Assembly (NCBI GenBank): GCA_003707115.1
Contig: PPNB01000020.1
Coordinates: forward strand, 62,001 to 126,000
Length of the DNA stretch: 64,000 nt
Source of the DNA: Tortispora ganteri
Taxonomy: Eukaryota
Direction of reading: 5' to 3'
Shown: piece after piece, positions 34,001-44,884 of the stretch
Position numbering within the stretch: the stretch's first letter is position 1
Layout of the letters: every line of letters begins with the position of its first letter
Made by a program: the position numbers and the translations under genes
Notes under the pieces: model-generated
What the model saw: the letters and a program-made list of their open reading frames with translations, nothing else
The model's database searches: none
What the model was told of the DNA's origin: nothing

Positions 34001-34211
34001 TGGCTGTCCGGAATGCTGTTTATCTACATATTGCTCTGAACACTTTGCTGTGATGTCCAAGCAAGGTGCTCGTGTTATATTACGAGCACTGCTTGGTCTT
34101 GAGTTAAACCCCAAACACAGTAATGGATTACCTGTTATCCCAGATGGACCGGAAGAAAACATGCCATCACATGCATTAGACATTGAAACTATTGTACCTG
34201 TTACGGAATGA
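31071..34211 (+). CDS. HRQ1: RecQ4-like helicase Hrq1 with DUF1998 zinc-binding C-terminus
   Basis: YSHQA, TASGKSLIYQ, FPTKALA, LTNPDM.H, DEIH, CSAT, ATNALE.GVDIG, QQAGRAGR, ECKAPEKE...RPARL, C.C..GCP.C. Confidence 0.95.
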   Translation: MVSKKRKMHVEIPNLPEIASLRLLYKRINTTLTFISARRPILPTIARLNALLASSQSAFTINDAALLKALMPENIFFDYVDPNKLIIGDAKYMNDSQPADIYADTSAANPSRFELIFTFTEVKVHLFDETSEYDCTQGSARKRCLGSRHSTAGLAGTIKRRDKRFESALQAWFDSGKSWTDLVTESCLVIPESPIVSPASPDNYSLETVKHVSIKAIVDDWLSNAAYSEEIVREGVRLFEAKLPRYMRTKSVLDPTILAALKHGFGITRCYSHQAKAIDAVIDGKDVIITTKTASGKSLIYQVPILSHLIKKRTAKALLIFPTKALANNQKRKLRELISFCPPLVSTQVECYDGDTSVKERQRIREECSIILTNPDMIHASVLPNHETWGYFLQNLKFIIIDEIHMYRGIFGANVALVLRRLLRICAHYGNNNVQFVSCSATMSNPGSLFCQLTTRTGVVEITDDGSPSGAKHFICWNSPHKDPRDHMTGRVQGEKIAAKLLAELVVKGARVILFARTRVLCEQALKYAKDTLKELHYKDLADRVVGYRGGYERGSRRKIESDMFSGNIYGIVATNALEIGVDIGSLDAVIICGFPLSLSAFWQQAGRAGRKSQNSLCVYVGAQNPVDQHYMSKPSLLFEQDYPRATIDICNPMVLEPHLHCGAYELPIVLNEDYRFFSDEEHGRNFRSIVKEKLLLNGKTGKYHPSPQYLPHPPSMVALRGVQEDKFVLLDVSNEKPRILEEIEESRLTFTIYDGAIIFHQGNPYIVKDFRPEDKLASVKRVYVDWVTNQRDYTDVDPVETKNIMPLKLAGNFATHPVTAKYGKIRIESVVFGYFKVNSAGQILEAVSVTNPPYVRYSAGFWIDIPGSALQVLTDKKLHCAGAVHTAEHTILSMIPILTIGNSEAGAGSDVQTECKAPEKEFSKTDTKRKRPARLIFYDSQGMNGNGTGVTSRAFGYITELVNYSFERLESCKCRFGCPECCLSTYCSEHFAVMSKQGARVILRALLGLELNPKHSNGLPVIPDGPEENMPSHALDIETIVPVTE

Positions 34212-34260
34212 TTGAGATAACAATAATATACTGCTACTTCTGTTTGTGCGTGCATGTGTT

Positions 34261-35949
<1,689 letters not shown>

Positions 35950-36244
35950 TTATGGCTAAATCTAAGTCTCGATGTGCTGTGGGTGGGAGCAGGGTGTGAG
36001 GGGGATAAAAATGTCACTTTTGGTGGGTTCTCGTTATTAGTCGTCAAGACATCCACCTTTCTAGTATTACTTATAAATATTCTATGGCAAAGAATTGCTT
36101 AACAAAACAAATTAATGCGCATTCGCCAAATATATAGTCATTTGTTCTAGTGAATAAAATGTCAGGAACTGTTCACCGTAATAGCGCGTTCTGCCGTTGC
36201 AACGATGCATACGAAATCATCGTAAAACTTTAAGTATATTAAAG

Positions 36245-38293
36245 TTATAATAAATGTTGGTTCGTTTCGCGGCCATTATCATCATCATCATCGTCGTCTA
36301 ACAAATCAGATCTTTGAGCAGTCTTTAGACCTAGCAGGTCATCATTGAGCACATCCTTCAGTTCAAGCACATTAGACCGCTCTTCCGGTGTAGAAGTATG
36401 GGTTGTTCGCGAATAGTCTGAGCCGTGTCCGGTGAACGACTCGTCGCTCTGATTAGGTAACGAATCGCGTCTTAAACTGCTAGTCAAGTTATGCAAAGGA
36501 GCTGAGTTGTAAGTGTTTTGGTCTGGAACTTTCCGAGGTTTAGATTTAGCAAATACTTCCTGTGCTGTTTTGAGGTATAGGCTGGAGAGCATCCCGATAT
36601 TCAGGCTAAGGTCTTCAAGAGTCTGGCTGGAAAATTTCTGCGTTGTACCTGTTATAACAGGAAGAGGCCCCAGAACAATCTTCTTTACTGTTTCAACATT
36701 GCCAGTGAGCATTCGTTTGTACATGTATCCACGTTCGCGTAGGTCAGGGTGGTCGCAGTCCTCGGTAGCCCACTTGATTACCTTTATGATTAAGTCTTTA
36801 GCTTTAGCGGGCCTATATAAAAACATTTTCATAGTGGCAGTCAGCAAAGTCAATTGCACTTCAAGCGGCTCATCAAAAAAGGAAAACACAAAATCTTCAA
36901 GAAGATCACACCCGTTGTCCAGTCGATCACCGTATTGGCCGATAATCCATATAAGCGACATTTTAGCTCTAGGGTCGTCAAGTGAGTCTGTATCTTGAAA
37001 TAGTTGCGATAATGTGCTCTCATATCGGCTAGGATATCGTCTGAATATGTTCTGTATAGCAATTGCGCCCTCTTGGACGATATACTCAATTTTTGTACTG
37101 ACCAGTTCCATCAATAGTGTGCAACACTTATCTGCAGCTGGTTCCACGCGTATAGCTATACTGCCAATTGCACGCACAGCTCGTCTAGCAAATTCATAAT
37201 CAATTTCAGTGGCATACTCTTTTAGTTCTGGCAACACTAACTGGTAATTGTGCTCGTCAGTAAGGGTGTACATAATGTCAAGTTTGGTAGTTTTCACATA
37301 TGGGGGGTCGTTGAATTTGCAGAAAAATAGCTTGACATCTTCTGATTTAAACACATATGGATGCTGCTCAATTAATATCACAGTGGCACACAGCGCCACA
37401 TACTGCAATTCCGGCGGTTTAGAGAGTAGCGACAATAATGGTGCCCCACATCGTTTCATTAAAGCCTGGACCGTAGAGTCATCAGTAATGAAGCGCGTAA
37501 GATATAGTATCACACGGACAGCACCTAAAACCACTCCTGTATTAGAATGTTGAAGACGCGGGACTATTATAGAGGCTATACTAGTAGCATCTTTTGACGA
37601 TTGTGGTACGTAGAATGTAAGTGCTTGAAGAACATAGGTTTGAAACCATTCGTTACATTCTGACAAAGCTTTCACAGCAAGTTTTGCATTGTCATAATCC
37701 AAGTTCAATTGTAACCCATCGGTTCTGTCTGTGATATCGATCAAGGAACATAGGGCAGTAGCAACAACTGTTATATTGGAATCATCTAATAAAGCATTAA
37801 GTCCGTCAAGCATACCGGTATTTGTTATCTCGACAGAGGCACGGTCCCATATTTTAGCAACAGCTAAAGCCGCAGTTTTCCTCACTAAGGGATCCGGATC
37901 AGAGAACGCGCGAGAAATCAATTTTAGTGCCTTTTCTGTGTACTCCGGCAAACTAATGTAGCTGATAGTCCTTAAGTTCAAACTGCGCATAATAGAAGAA
38001 GAATGTTTAGTGCCATCGACCAAATAAGGTAATGCCTCAATCGCGCGATTCGGTTCGTTTTTTGCATAGTTAATAATGTACAAGAGGCACAATTTATGTA
38101 TTTCGGGAACAGATACGTCGAGTAAATCGATGATATCTGGAAAGAGTTGCAACATGTCATTGTTTGGTAATGTCATGCAGGCAATAACGCGCTTTAATGT
38201 AATAATACATTTCTTAACGTGTTTTTTGTCTCGTTTATCGCGTAGTCCGGTAAGTCCTGGCCGTAAATCCGCAGCTTTACTTGTGCGATCCAT
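36245..38293 (-). CDS. APL1: Adaptor complex beta subunit (AP-2 beta-like); a short upstream exon is possible
   Basis: Adaptin N-terminal trunk (KLC.LYIINYA, DPDP.VRKTAA.AVAK, FFCKFNDPPYVK.TKL, ELKEYATEID, DHPDLRERGYMY). No appendage domain. Confidence 0.88.
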   Translation of the reverse strand: MDRTSKAADLRPGLTGLRDKRDKKHVKKCIITLKRVIACMTLPNNDMLQLFPDIIDLLDVSVPEIHKLCLLYIINYAKNEPNRAIEALPYLVDGTKHSSSIMRSLNLRTISYISLPEYTEKALKLISRAFSDPDPLVRKTAALAVAKIWDRASVEITNTGMLDGLNALLDDSNITVVATALCSLIDITDRTDGLQLNLDYDNAKLAVKALSECNEWFQTYVLQALTFYVPQSSKDATSIASIIVPRLQHSNTGVVLGAVRVILYLTRFITDDSTVQALMKRCGAPLLSLLSKPPELQYVALCATVILIEQHPYVFKSEDVKLFFCKFNDPPYVKTTKLDIMYTLTDEHNYQLVLPELKEYATEIDYEFARRAVRAIGSIAIRVEPAADKCCTLLMELVSTKIEYIVQEGAIAIQNIFRRYPSRYESTLSQLFQDTDSLDDPRAKMSLIWIIGQYGDRLDNGCDLLEDFVFSFFDEPLEVQLTLLTATMKMFLYRPAKAKDLIIKVIKWATEDCDHPDLRERGYMYKRMLTGNVETVKKIVLGPLPVITGTTQKFSSQTLEDLSLNIGMLSSLYLKTAQEVFAKSKPRKVPDQNTYNSAPLHNLTSSLRRDSLPNQSDESFTGHGSDYSRTTHTSTPEERSNVLELKDVLNDDLLGLKTAQRSDLLDDDDDDDNGRETNQHLL

Positions 38294-38456
38294 ATCGGGG
38301 TGTTGTTAAGAGTAAATGGTCCAATAAAACGTACCTATGAGATTTGTGCATGATCAACGCCAGCATTCGGCGAGTAAATGGGGGGAAAAAAATATCAGTG
38401 TAATTATAGCAAAAATCTGGTTATTTAAAAATATAACAACAAAAAAAAACAAATGA

Positions 38457-38571
38457 TGGTTGCAAGGAGATTCGAACTCCTGCCTGTTACCAGATTCGAA
38501 CCCTGCTTTTTCCGCAAGGAAGTGATTTTAACACTTGAGTCGAACGCCTTAGACCGCTCGGCCATACAACC
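38457..38571 (-). tRNA. tRNA-Leu(CAA) with 33-nt intron (38501-38533)
   Basis: Minus strand reads GGTTGTATGGCCGAGCGGTCTAAGGCG-TTCGA-CTCAAG[intron]T-TCGAA-TCTGGTAACAGG-CAGGAGTTCGAATCTCCT-TGCAACCA. All stems pair, the variable arm is long, and an oligo-T terminator follows. Confidence 0.95.
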
Positions 38572-38924
38572 TTACATAGACTAAATTGTATAGGTATCTA
38601 TATAAGGTCCAAACATAAAACTTTAAAGAATACGGTATTACTCAATATATTTGATCTTGGTGAATGCCTATTTCTTGTTTATAACTTCTAGATATAAATG
38701 TGTTACTTTTAATAAATAGAAATAGTTAAAGTAAGATATCATTGAGTTTCGCTACTTTCATTGCCTAAAATACTGAGGTTTGTTGTCAATCCAGCGCGGT
38801 TCCTTTTGCTCATTGATTATTAAAGTTATTGTTTGTTTTGATCTTGTTTACTGAGCATTTGCTATAACCAATCTGTTTTTTTCTTTTTTTTCAATAAACT
38901 ATAGATCAAATACTCTTAGACATA

Positions 38925-40757
38925 ATGTCTGAATCAGTCGATCAAGTTCAGTCTGAACTTGCAAGTTTGTCTGTAGGTGGACTTTCTCCGAAGACTCTTA
39001 TCATTCTATCGCCACTATCTTATAACCATGTGTTTTCTCGCTGGTGGGTTCGATCTTCCTACTTGAGTTCAATTGTCGAAAATCCTCAGAGGCTACATGC
39101 TTCATCTGTTGGTATCGCTTCTGCTGTATCTATGTATCCTGATCAGTTTTCCGTACAGTCAAGTGAAACCAGAGTAGATTTGAAGAACCCACCTGAGTAT
39201 GTTAAAAGAGTGCACCAAGACTGGTCAAAGATCCTTGCCAAGCTTTGCGAAGATTCTCCTACAAAACTGGCTGAAGGAGACCTCGAAGTGCCAGATGATT
39301 GGCATTCAGGTGATATCTATCTTTCTGAAGGAACTCTTTCTGCTTTGGAAGGTGTGGTAGGTGCTGTAGAGAAAGGTGTTGATGCCATATTCTCTTCTGA
39401 CATAAAGGGATGTTTTGTTGCAGTCAGGCCTCCGGGACACCATTGTCACCCTGGTAAACCTTCCGGGTTTTGCATGATTAATAATGTGCATCTTGCTATC
39501 CAATATGCTGCGGATCATCATAATCTTACGCATGCTGTTATTCTAGATTTTGATCTACATCATGGCGACGGCAGCCAGGACATCACTTGGAAACTCTCCG
39601 GATATGATTCTGATGAGTATAATCCCGACATAGCATCTTCAGCAAAGATTGGTTACTTTTCTTTACATGATATAAACTCTTACCCTTGTGAGCCCGGTTA
39701 CACAACTATAGATCAGGTCAAGAACGCTTCGACATGCATAATGGCTCATAATTTATGTATATGGAACATCCATCTGAAACCATATGCATCCGAAGCTGAA
39801 TTTAATCAGCATTACAATTTGAATTATAAAACACTTATTGATAGAGCTGCTGAATATTTGGAAAATGCTTCAAAGGTAACTGAGAATTTCAAAGCAGCAG
39901 TTTTTATTTCTGCCGGATTTGATGCTTCGGAATGGGAAACCGAAGCAATGCAAAGACATTCGGTCCATGTCCCTTCTTCTTATTATAATAGATTTACCAA
40001 GGATGCTTTTAACGAAGTGGCATCTAAGCACTGTGATGGTCGTATGCTTTCACTGCTGGAAGGCGGTTACTCTGACGGCGCTATATCGTCGGGAGTACTA
40101 TCTCATCTTACTGGATTTAGAAATATGGATTGGCAAGAGGAATGGGGCTCAGCCGCCACTGTTATTGGTCTTGAACGTGCTTGCAAAATTAGGCCTGGAC
40201 CTTCTTTAAAGAAATCTAGGGCATATTTGAGTTACGCTCAAGCCAATCCTGGTATTCCTCCTTCAGTTGTTCCAGAATGGCTTCCGACTGCTGCAGAGTT
40301 GGCGAAGACTTATTGGAAGCCGTATGAAAAGAAGCCAGTGCGCAGCCGTGCTAAAGATGATATTGTCACGTCCCCAAATTCAGCGTCTTCTACCCCTTAT
40401 CATTATTTGCGATCTGAATCTCGATATCCTTCCCGACAGCAAGCTGTTCCTGAAGTGTCTGTGAAATTGACTGTTCCTATTGATGAATCTGTCCCATCGT
40501 CAGCTGGCTCAATTCAAGGTGTAGAGGCGGTTCATCAAGTAGTGTTACCTTCAGTGGCATTACCTGTTAGCGGCCTTGCAGAGGTTCAATCTGATCCTAG
40601 TCATGTATTTATAAAAAGCGGATTAGGAGCACTTGACTCCCCCCTTGTCGAGCGCGGTAATGAAAACATCGAAAGACCCGTGAAATCAGAGAAGAAGTCT
40701 GCTGGTGATTTATCGGACCTTGTTGATGATCTTCAAAACCTTGACCTGCGGTATTAG
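38925..40757 (+). CDS. HOS3: Histone deacetylase Hos3
   Basis: RPPGHHC, SGFC..NNVH, DFDLHHGDGSQDI, SLHDINSYPCE, SAGFDASEWE..MQRH, LEGGY. Confidence 0.93.
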   Translation: MSESVDQVQSELASLSVGGLSPKTLIILSPLSYNHVFSRWWVRSSYLSSIVENPQRLHASSVGIASAVSMYPDQFSVQSSETRVDLKNPPEYVKRVHQDWSKILAKLCEDSPTKLAEGDLEVPDDWHSGDIYLSEGTLSALEGVVGAVEKGVDAIFSSDIKGCFVAVRPPGHHCHPGKPSGFCMINNVHLAIQYAADHHNLTHAVILDFDLHHGDGSQDITWKLSGYDSDEYNPDIASSAKIGYFSLHDINSYPCEPGYTTIDQVKNASTCIMAHNLCIWNIHLKPYASEAEFNQHYNLNYKTLIDRAAEYLENASKVTENFKAAVFISAGFDASEWETEAMQRHSVHVPSSYYNRFTKDAFNEVASKHCDGRMLSLLEGGYSDGAISSGVLSHLTGFRNMDWQEEWGSAATVIGLERACKIRPGPSLKKSRAYLSYAQANPGIPPSVVPEWLPTAAELAKTYWKPYEKKPVRSRAKDDIVTSPNSASSTPYHYLRSESRYPSRQQAVPEVSVKLTVPIDESVPSSAGSIQGVEAVHQVVLPSVALPVSGLAEVQSDPSHVFIKSGLGALDSPLVERGNENIERPVKSEKKSAGDLSDLVDDLQNLDLRY

Positions 40758-40883
40758 TTTTTTGTATCTTTGCAGTTAAGCCGATTTACGTTTGTTTATG
40801 TCTAGTGTATGTTTATGAGTTTCTTGTTCTATAGTATGTTTAAATATTAATCATTATTGTCGTATAAAGTAACTGGAAAGTTT

Positions 40884-42680
40884 TTATCCGTTAGGAAATT
40901 GGTTAGCAAGGTACGCTAAATATTTGTCGCGTGAATTGACATCAAGAGGTTGTTCCATAGGGTCTTCAATGTCATGGTAGAACCGCTCTGGTTTGTTTGG
41001 TGAAGGTAATAAACCATGTTGAATATCGGCATCATAAACATACGCGTTTTTCTGTTGAGAATGGCGAGTGTGTTGGCGAATGGGTTTCGAAACTGGTATT
41101 GGAGGCGTTGGCAAAGTAGGAGGCTCCATTGTATGAAAAGGCTGCCACTGTGGTACATCTGTATTTTGATTCGGTGATGCAACATGGCTTTCTTTTTGCG
41201 TAACAGCTGGTAAAGGTGAAGTCACAGTTTTCGATTCCGGTATAACGTGATTGGCTACTTGTTGCATGTTGTGCACAGACTGAGAGTCATATCCAACCAC
41301 CTTTATCAATGAGGTCGCTAAAGGTTGAAAAGACTGCACATAGTGATTATTATCTAGTGCATTGACTGTAGTTTTTAGTGTCTGGACATCAGCAATATAG
41401 TTTCCTTTGTCGTGATCAATATGATATTGTTGCCTAGGAATATATGTTTCACCTGGTCGCAATTTCAAGGTCTGAGTTGCAGTAGAGACAATATTAGTCT
41501 CCGCTTTATACTTCTTGAATTTGGTATCCGCATCAGAAATTAAACCCTTAATATCGCTCCATTCAAGCTCATTAAACAGATCCGTAGCAATTACTTCATT
41601 CAATAATCGGGTGATTTCAGATTTGATTTCATCCTTTCGCTTAGAAAGAATCATTGCATGATTATTAGATTGTCCTAAGTACTTTAATGCACCATCTTCA
41701 GATGACAACTTCGAGGAATCAAAGTTAGGTGAAGGAAACTTATTTTCGAGTTCTTTATCTGCAGATTTCTTTACCTGCAAGATATTTTTAAGAGGCTGAA
41801 AATCGCCAGACGGCCTAGGGACACTCTGATCGGATGTTGAAACAACACTTGCAGCGTTTTCTTTAACCTGATAAACCTGATTGGCGACCCTGGTTTTTGG
41901 AAGAGATATAGTTGAAGGATTATCTGGAAACACCAAAGCTGGTTCTGATCTTTCTAAAGGAGTGATCCGAGGAGGCGATAATTGCTGTTGCTTCCTATTA
42001 ATCGATAGTGAATTCAGATGTCTGAATTTATAAAACACCGTAAGGAAGTAATCAACGGTAATATCGGCGATCGATCGTACTTCTTCATCCGAGTAGTTTT
42101 CGTCATACTTTACAGATTTTGTTCGTTCGATTAATGCATTCAATTTTTTCTTCCGTTTCGGATACTCAGATTTATCCATTGAGCGGTACATAGGTCGGTG
42201 TATTTGAAATGCACCATCATAAAAAGAACCCCAACCATTCTCGTAGCTTTCTGCGATTAGCGCGTCCAAGGAGGACGATTTAGAGCAATCTGTATCATAT
42301 GGGCAAGTAAACACAGTTCCAATGATAGAATCATCTATGTAGTAGTCTAAATCACGTAGGTAATATCTGTGGGAGCGTGCAAACTTATAGCAGGAGTATC
42401 CTGGTACGCAGAATAATTCGTTAAAGTTGAATCTCTCATGTGATTCCACGCCGAAAGATATGACTTTATCAGCAATTCCATCTTTGCAGTCCACGATATT
42501 TATCTGGGTCGATGTTTGGAATAGGCTTATGATCTTGACTTTCTCTACTCTTATACCGGTGTACTTTCCAGACACGCCGGGCATAGAGCTAGAGCTGCAT
42601 ATGCGCGATACATCAATGTCGGCAAGTACGTATAAGGAAAAGAACAAAACAGCACTGTTGATAAGCTTGCCTATAAACAT
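40884..42680 (-). CDS. Hypothetical protein with signal-peptide-like N-terminus and Cys-containing N-terminal domain
   Basis: 598-aa open frame from the first ATG (42680); hydrophobic LINSAVLFFSLYVLA; no family recognised. Confidence 0.7.
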   Translation of the reverse strand: MFIGKLINSAVLFFSLYVLADIDVSRICSSSSMPGVSGKYTGIRVEKVKIISLFQTSTQINIVDCKDGIADKVISFGVESHERFNFNELFCVPGYSCYKFARSHRYYLRDLDYYIDDSIIGTVFTCPYDTDCSKSSSLDALIAESYENGWGSFYDGAFQIHRPMYRSMDKSEYPKRKKKLNALIERTKSVKYDENYSDEEVRSIADITVDYFLTVFYKFRHLNSLSINRKQQQLSPPRITPLERSEPALVFPDNPSTISLPKTRVANQVYQVKENAASVVSTSDQSVPRPSGDFQPLKNILQVKKSADKELENKFPSPNFDSSKLSSEDGALKYLGQSNNHAMILSKRKDEIKSEITRLLNEVIATDLFNELEWSDIKGLISDADTKFKKYKAETNIVSTATQTLKLRPGETYIPRQQYHIDHDKGNYIADVQTLKTTVNALDNNHYVQSFQPLATSLIKVVGYDSQSVHNMQQVANHVIPESKTVTSPLPAVTQKESHVASPNQNTDVPQWQPFHTMEPPTLPTPPIPVSKPIRQHTRHSQQKNAYVYDADIQHGLLPSPNKPERFYHDIEDPMEQPLDVNSRDKYLAYLANQFPNG

Positions 42681-42990
42681 TTTTTGAAGAACAGAAGTCC
42701 GCAAAACTGATCTCTTAGTGTATACTTGTTATGAGTCGGCTCGAGATACTTGAGAAGCGTTAGGTATTAGTTATCCTGTGGTTTTCAGAAAAGCAAAAGG
42801 AAATTGAGATATCTCAAAAGCTTTGTGAAATAAATGAAAGAAGATAGTGGTAGGGTGTTTTGCATAGCGTAGCGTGAGGGATCTATTTCGCGATCCCTAA
42901 TAAATGCAAAGATACCGAGAGCACATTTTAGTTCAGGTGAAGGTAGACAATTTTTTTTTTATTCATTTGTTTTCAAAAAATAACAAATTC

Positions 42991-44091
42991 TCATAGAGAT
43001 GGGATCAGAATTTCTAGAGGGAGTCGAGCATGCAGATAAATGAAGTAAGGAGATTTGTCTGCGGTGAATGTTACTGAAGAGCCGTTGACACATTCGAAAG
43101 AGACATCTTTATCAATTATGAGAGCAGCAACAAGGCAACGATCAGCCAGGCGTATTTTTTTGTGAAAGTTGTGAAATTCCTCCTCCTCGTTTTTAGAGAG
43201 CATATCGAGGGCTGCGCCATAGGAGATATGGAGTTTCGGGTAACCGTCGACAAAGGGGAAGCGGGACAAGAAATGGCGAGCATGCATTAAACAGTATTGT
43301 ACACGCGAAAGATCCTTGGACACAAATACAGGGTCAAATATTGAGGTGCGCGTGTCAGAACGGTAGGTACGCGGTGTTGAGTTCTCGAGGTCACCAATTT
43401 CGGCTCTTGACAGGACTTTTTTATAGACTATAAGGCTCTTGCGATGCTGGTTTTTGAATGAATAATTAGGATTTGCAGATGTTATAGCAGCCATAGGTTT
43501 AAATCCGTCTTTAGTTAGAAAGGGGTGTATACTGCCGATACGGTACTCCTTGTTCCATCTGTCATTGAAGGAGTACATATAATCAGCAGGGAGAGGAGGC
43601 ACAACAGAACGATACGATTTTCGCAATGCTGTAACAAAAGCGTATAAGTGGTATTTTGTATGAAAAATTAAATCGAATGGGGTTTCAGCCTTATGCGAAG
43701 GTATATCTTCGATTTGAGGGAGTTCTTGTGGAGGAATTTCTTCTTCGTCTGGTATGACGGGGGGAGAGTAATCTGAATCGCGTTGCATAGTTTGTGTAGC
43801 ACTATGATCAGTCATTATTGCCGGATCTAACTCGTCATCAGGTATTGGTGCAGGACGTGATCCGTAGGATGTCAGACGATCTGGAGCATTTTGAGACAGT
43901 TTCATACCTAATTGTCGAAATGATTGCACTAAGGAGTTCAAGTCTTCTTCTTCTGTCTTCTCTGATGGATTTAATGTCAAAGACTTTGGATCTAGCTGAC
44001 TTAATTCTTTAAAATTTCTAGATTTACTGCTATAAACTCTTAATTGAAACCATATAGATAGATTTAACTGCGCAATTGGTCGTTTTAACAT
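42991..44091 (-). CDS. Hypothetical protein, possibly mitochondrial
   Basis: 366-aa ORF with a basic, acid-free presequence-like N-terminus (MLKRPIAQLNLSIWFQLRVYSSKSR), acidic linker and globular-looking C-terminal half; no family recognised. Confidence 0.65.
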   Translation of the reverse strand: MLKRPIAQLNLSIWFQLRVYSSKSRNFKELSQLDPKSLTLNPSEKTEEEDLNSLVQSFRQLGMKLSQNAPDRLTSYGSRPAPIPDDELDPAIMTDHSATQTMQRDSDYSPPVIPDEEEIPPQELPQIEDIPSHKAETPFDLIFHTKYHLYAFVTALRKSYRSVVPPLPADYMYSFNDRWNKEYRIGSIHPFLTKDGFKPMAAITSANPNYSFKNQHRKSLIVYKKVLSRAEIGDLENSTPRTYRSDTRTSIFDPVFVSKDLSRVQYCLMHARHFLSRFPFVDGYPKLHISYGAALDMLSKNEEEEFHNFHKKIRLADRCLVAALIIDKDVSFECVNGSSVTFTADKSPYFIYLHARLPLEILIPSL

Positions 44092-44234
44092 TATACAGAT
44101 AATTGTGCCCCGAGGTGTAAAAAGTTGGGTCTACAAGACTGAACCGTACATGACAGGCTTTAGATTAGTTCCAAGCTGCAACGTTTTCGATATCCCAGGT
44201 TTATAGTATCACAAAACAACCAACATTTCACAAG

Positions 44235-44489
44235 CTACCATTCTAATTGTATTTTAATTTGTTTTCTTCTACCGCGAAAGAATACTCGGTTCAACAGAAC
44301 TCCGGGCACTTTAAGCAACCCAGGGTGCCGCTCTACCTTAGTCTTGATCTCCTTCATTAAAATTTCGACCACAGTATACGCACACTCTCTGATCTCCTCG
44401 TCATTCATTCGCCTGTAGCATTGTTTCTCTGGAAAAATTATAAATTCAACATCTTTACAGCTTCTCTCTGTGTTGTGCTTCTCATTCAT
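44235..44489 (-). CDS. Possible small hypothetical protein (84 aa)
   Basis: ATG at 44489, TATATA about 40 nt upstream, no overlap with other genes; no homology recognised. Confidence 0.35.
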   Translation of the reverse strand: MNEKHNTERSCKDVEFIIFPEKQCYRRMNDEEIRECAYTVVEILMKEIKTKVERHPGLLKVPGVLLNRVFFRGRRKQIKIQLEW

Positions 44490-44884
44490 CAATGAGTCAC
44501 AAGTTAGCACCTAGTTGTGAAGCGCATATATACAAAACACCTTCATAAACTTAACATCAGAAATAAAGTTATTACGCTACTGCCTTCAATCTACTCTAAC
44601 CAGCGTCATATTTTCATGAATAATTAAATCAAATTATTTAATAAATTTCCTAAAAAATGGACTAAGCTTAATAATTATTTGGCTGTAATCTAGTTTTAGG
44701 CAACATGTGTGATGCCGTCTAGCGATCACATGCATTCTCACATTATGACCTCCTCCCCACTCACCCTCATATAATACTCCCTAATCTCACTTCGCCTTGC
44801 ACTCGCCTCGCCTCTGACATTCAATTACCAACTGCACTACTAGTAAAACAACCATATTTTTTTCAGAATTGTTAACAGAATCAC

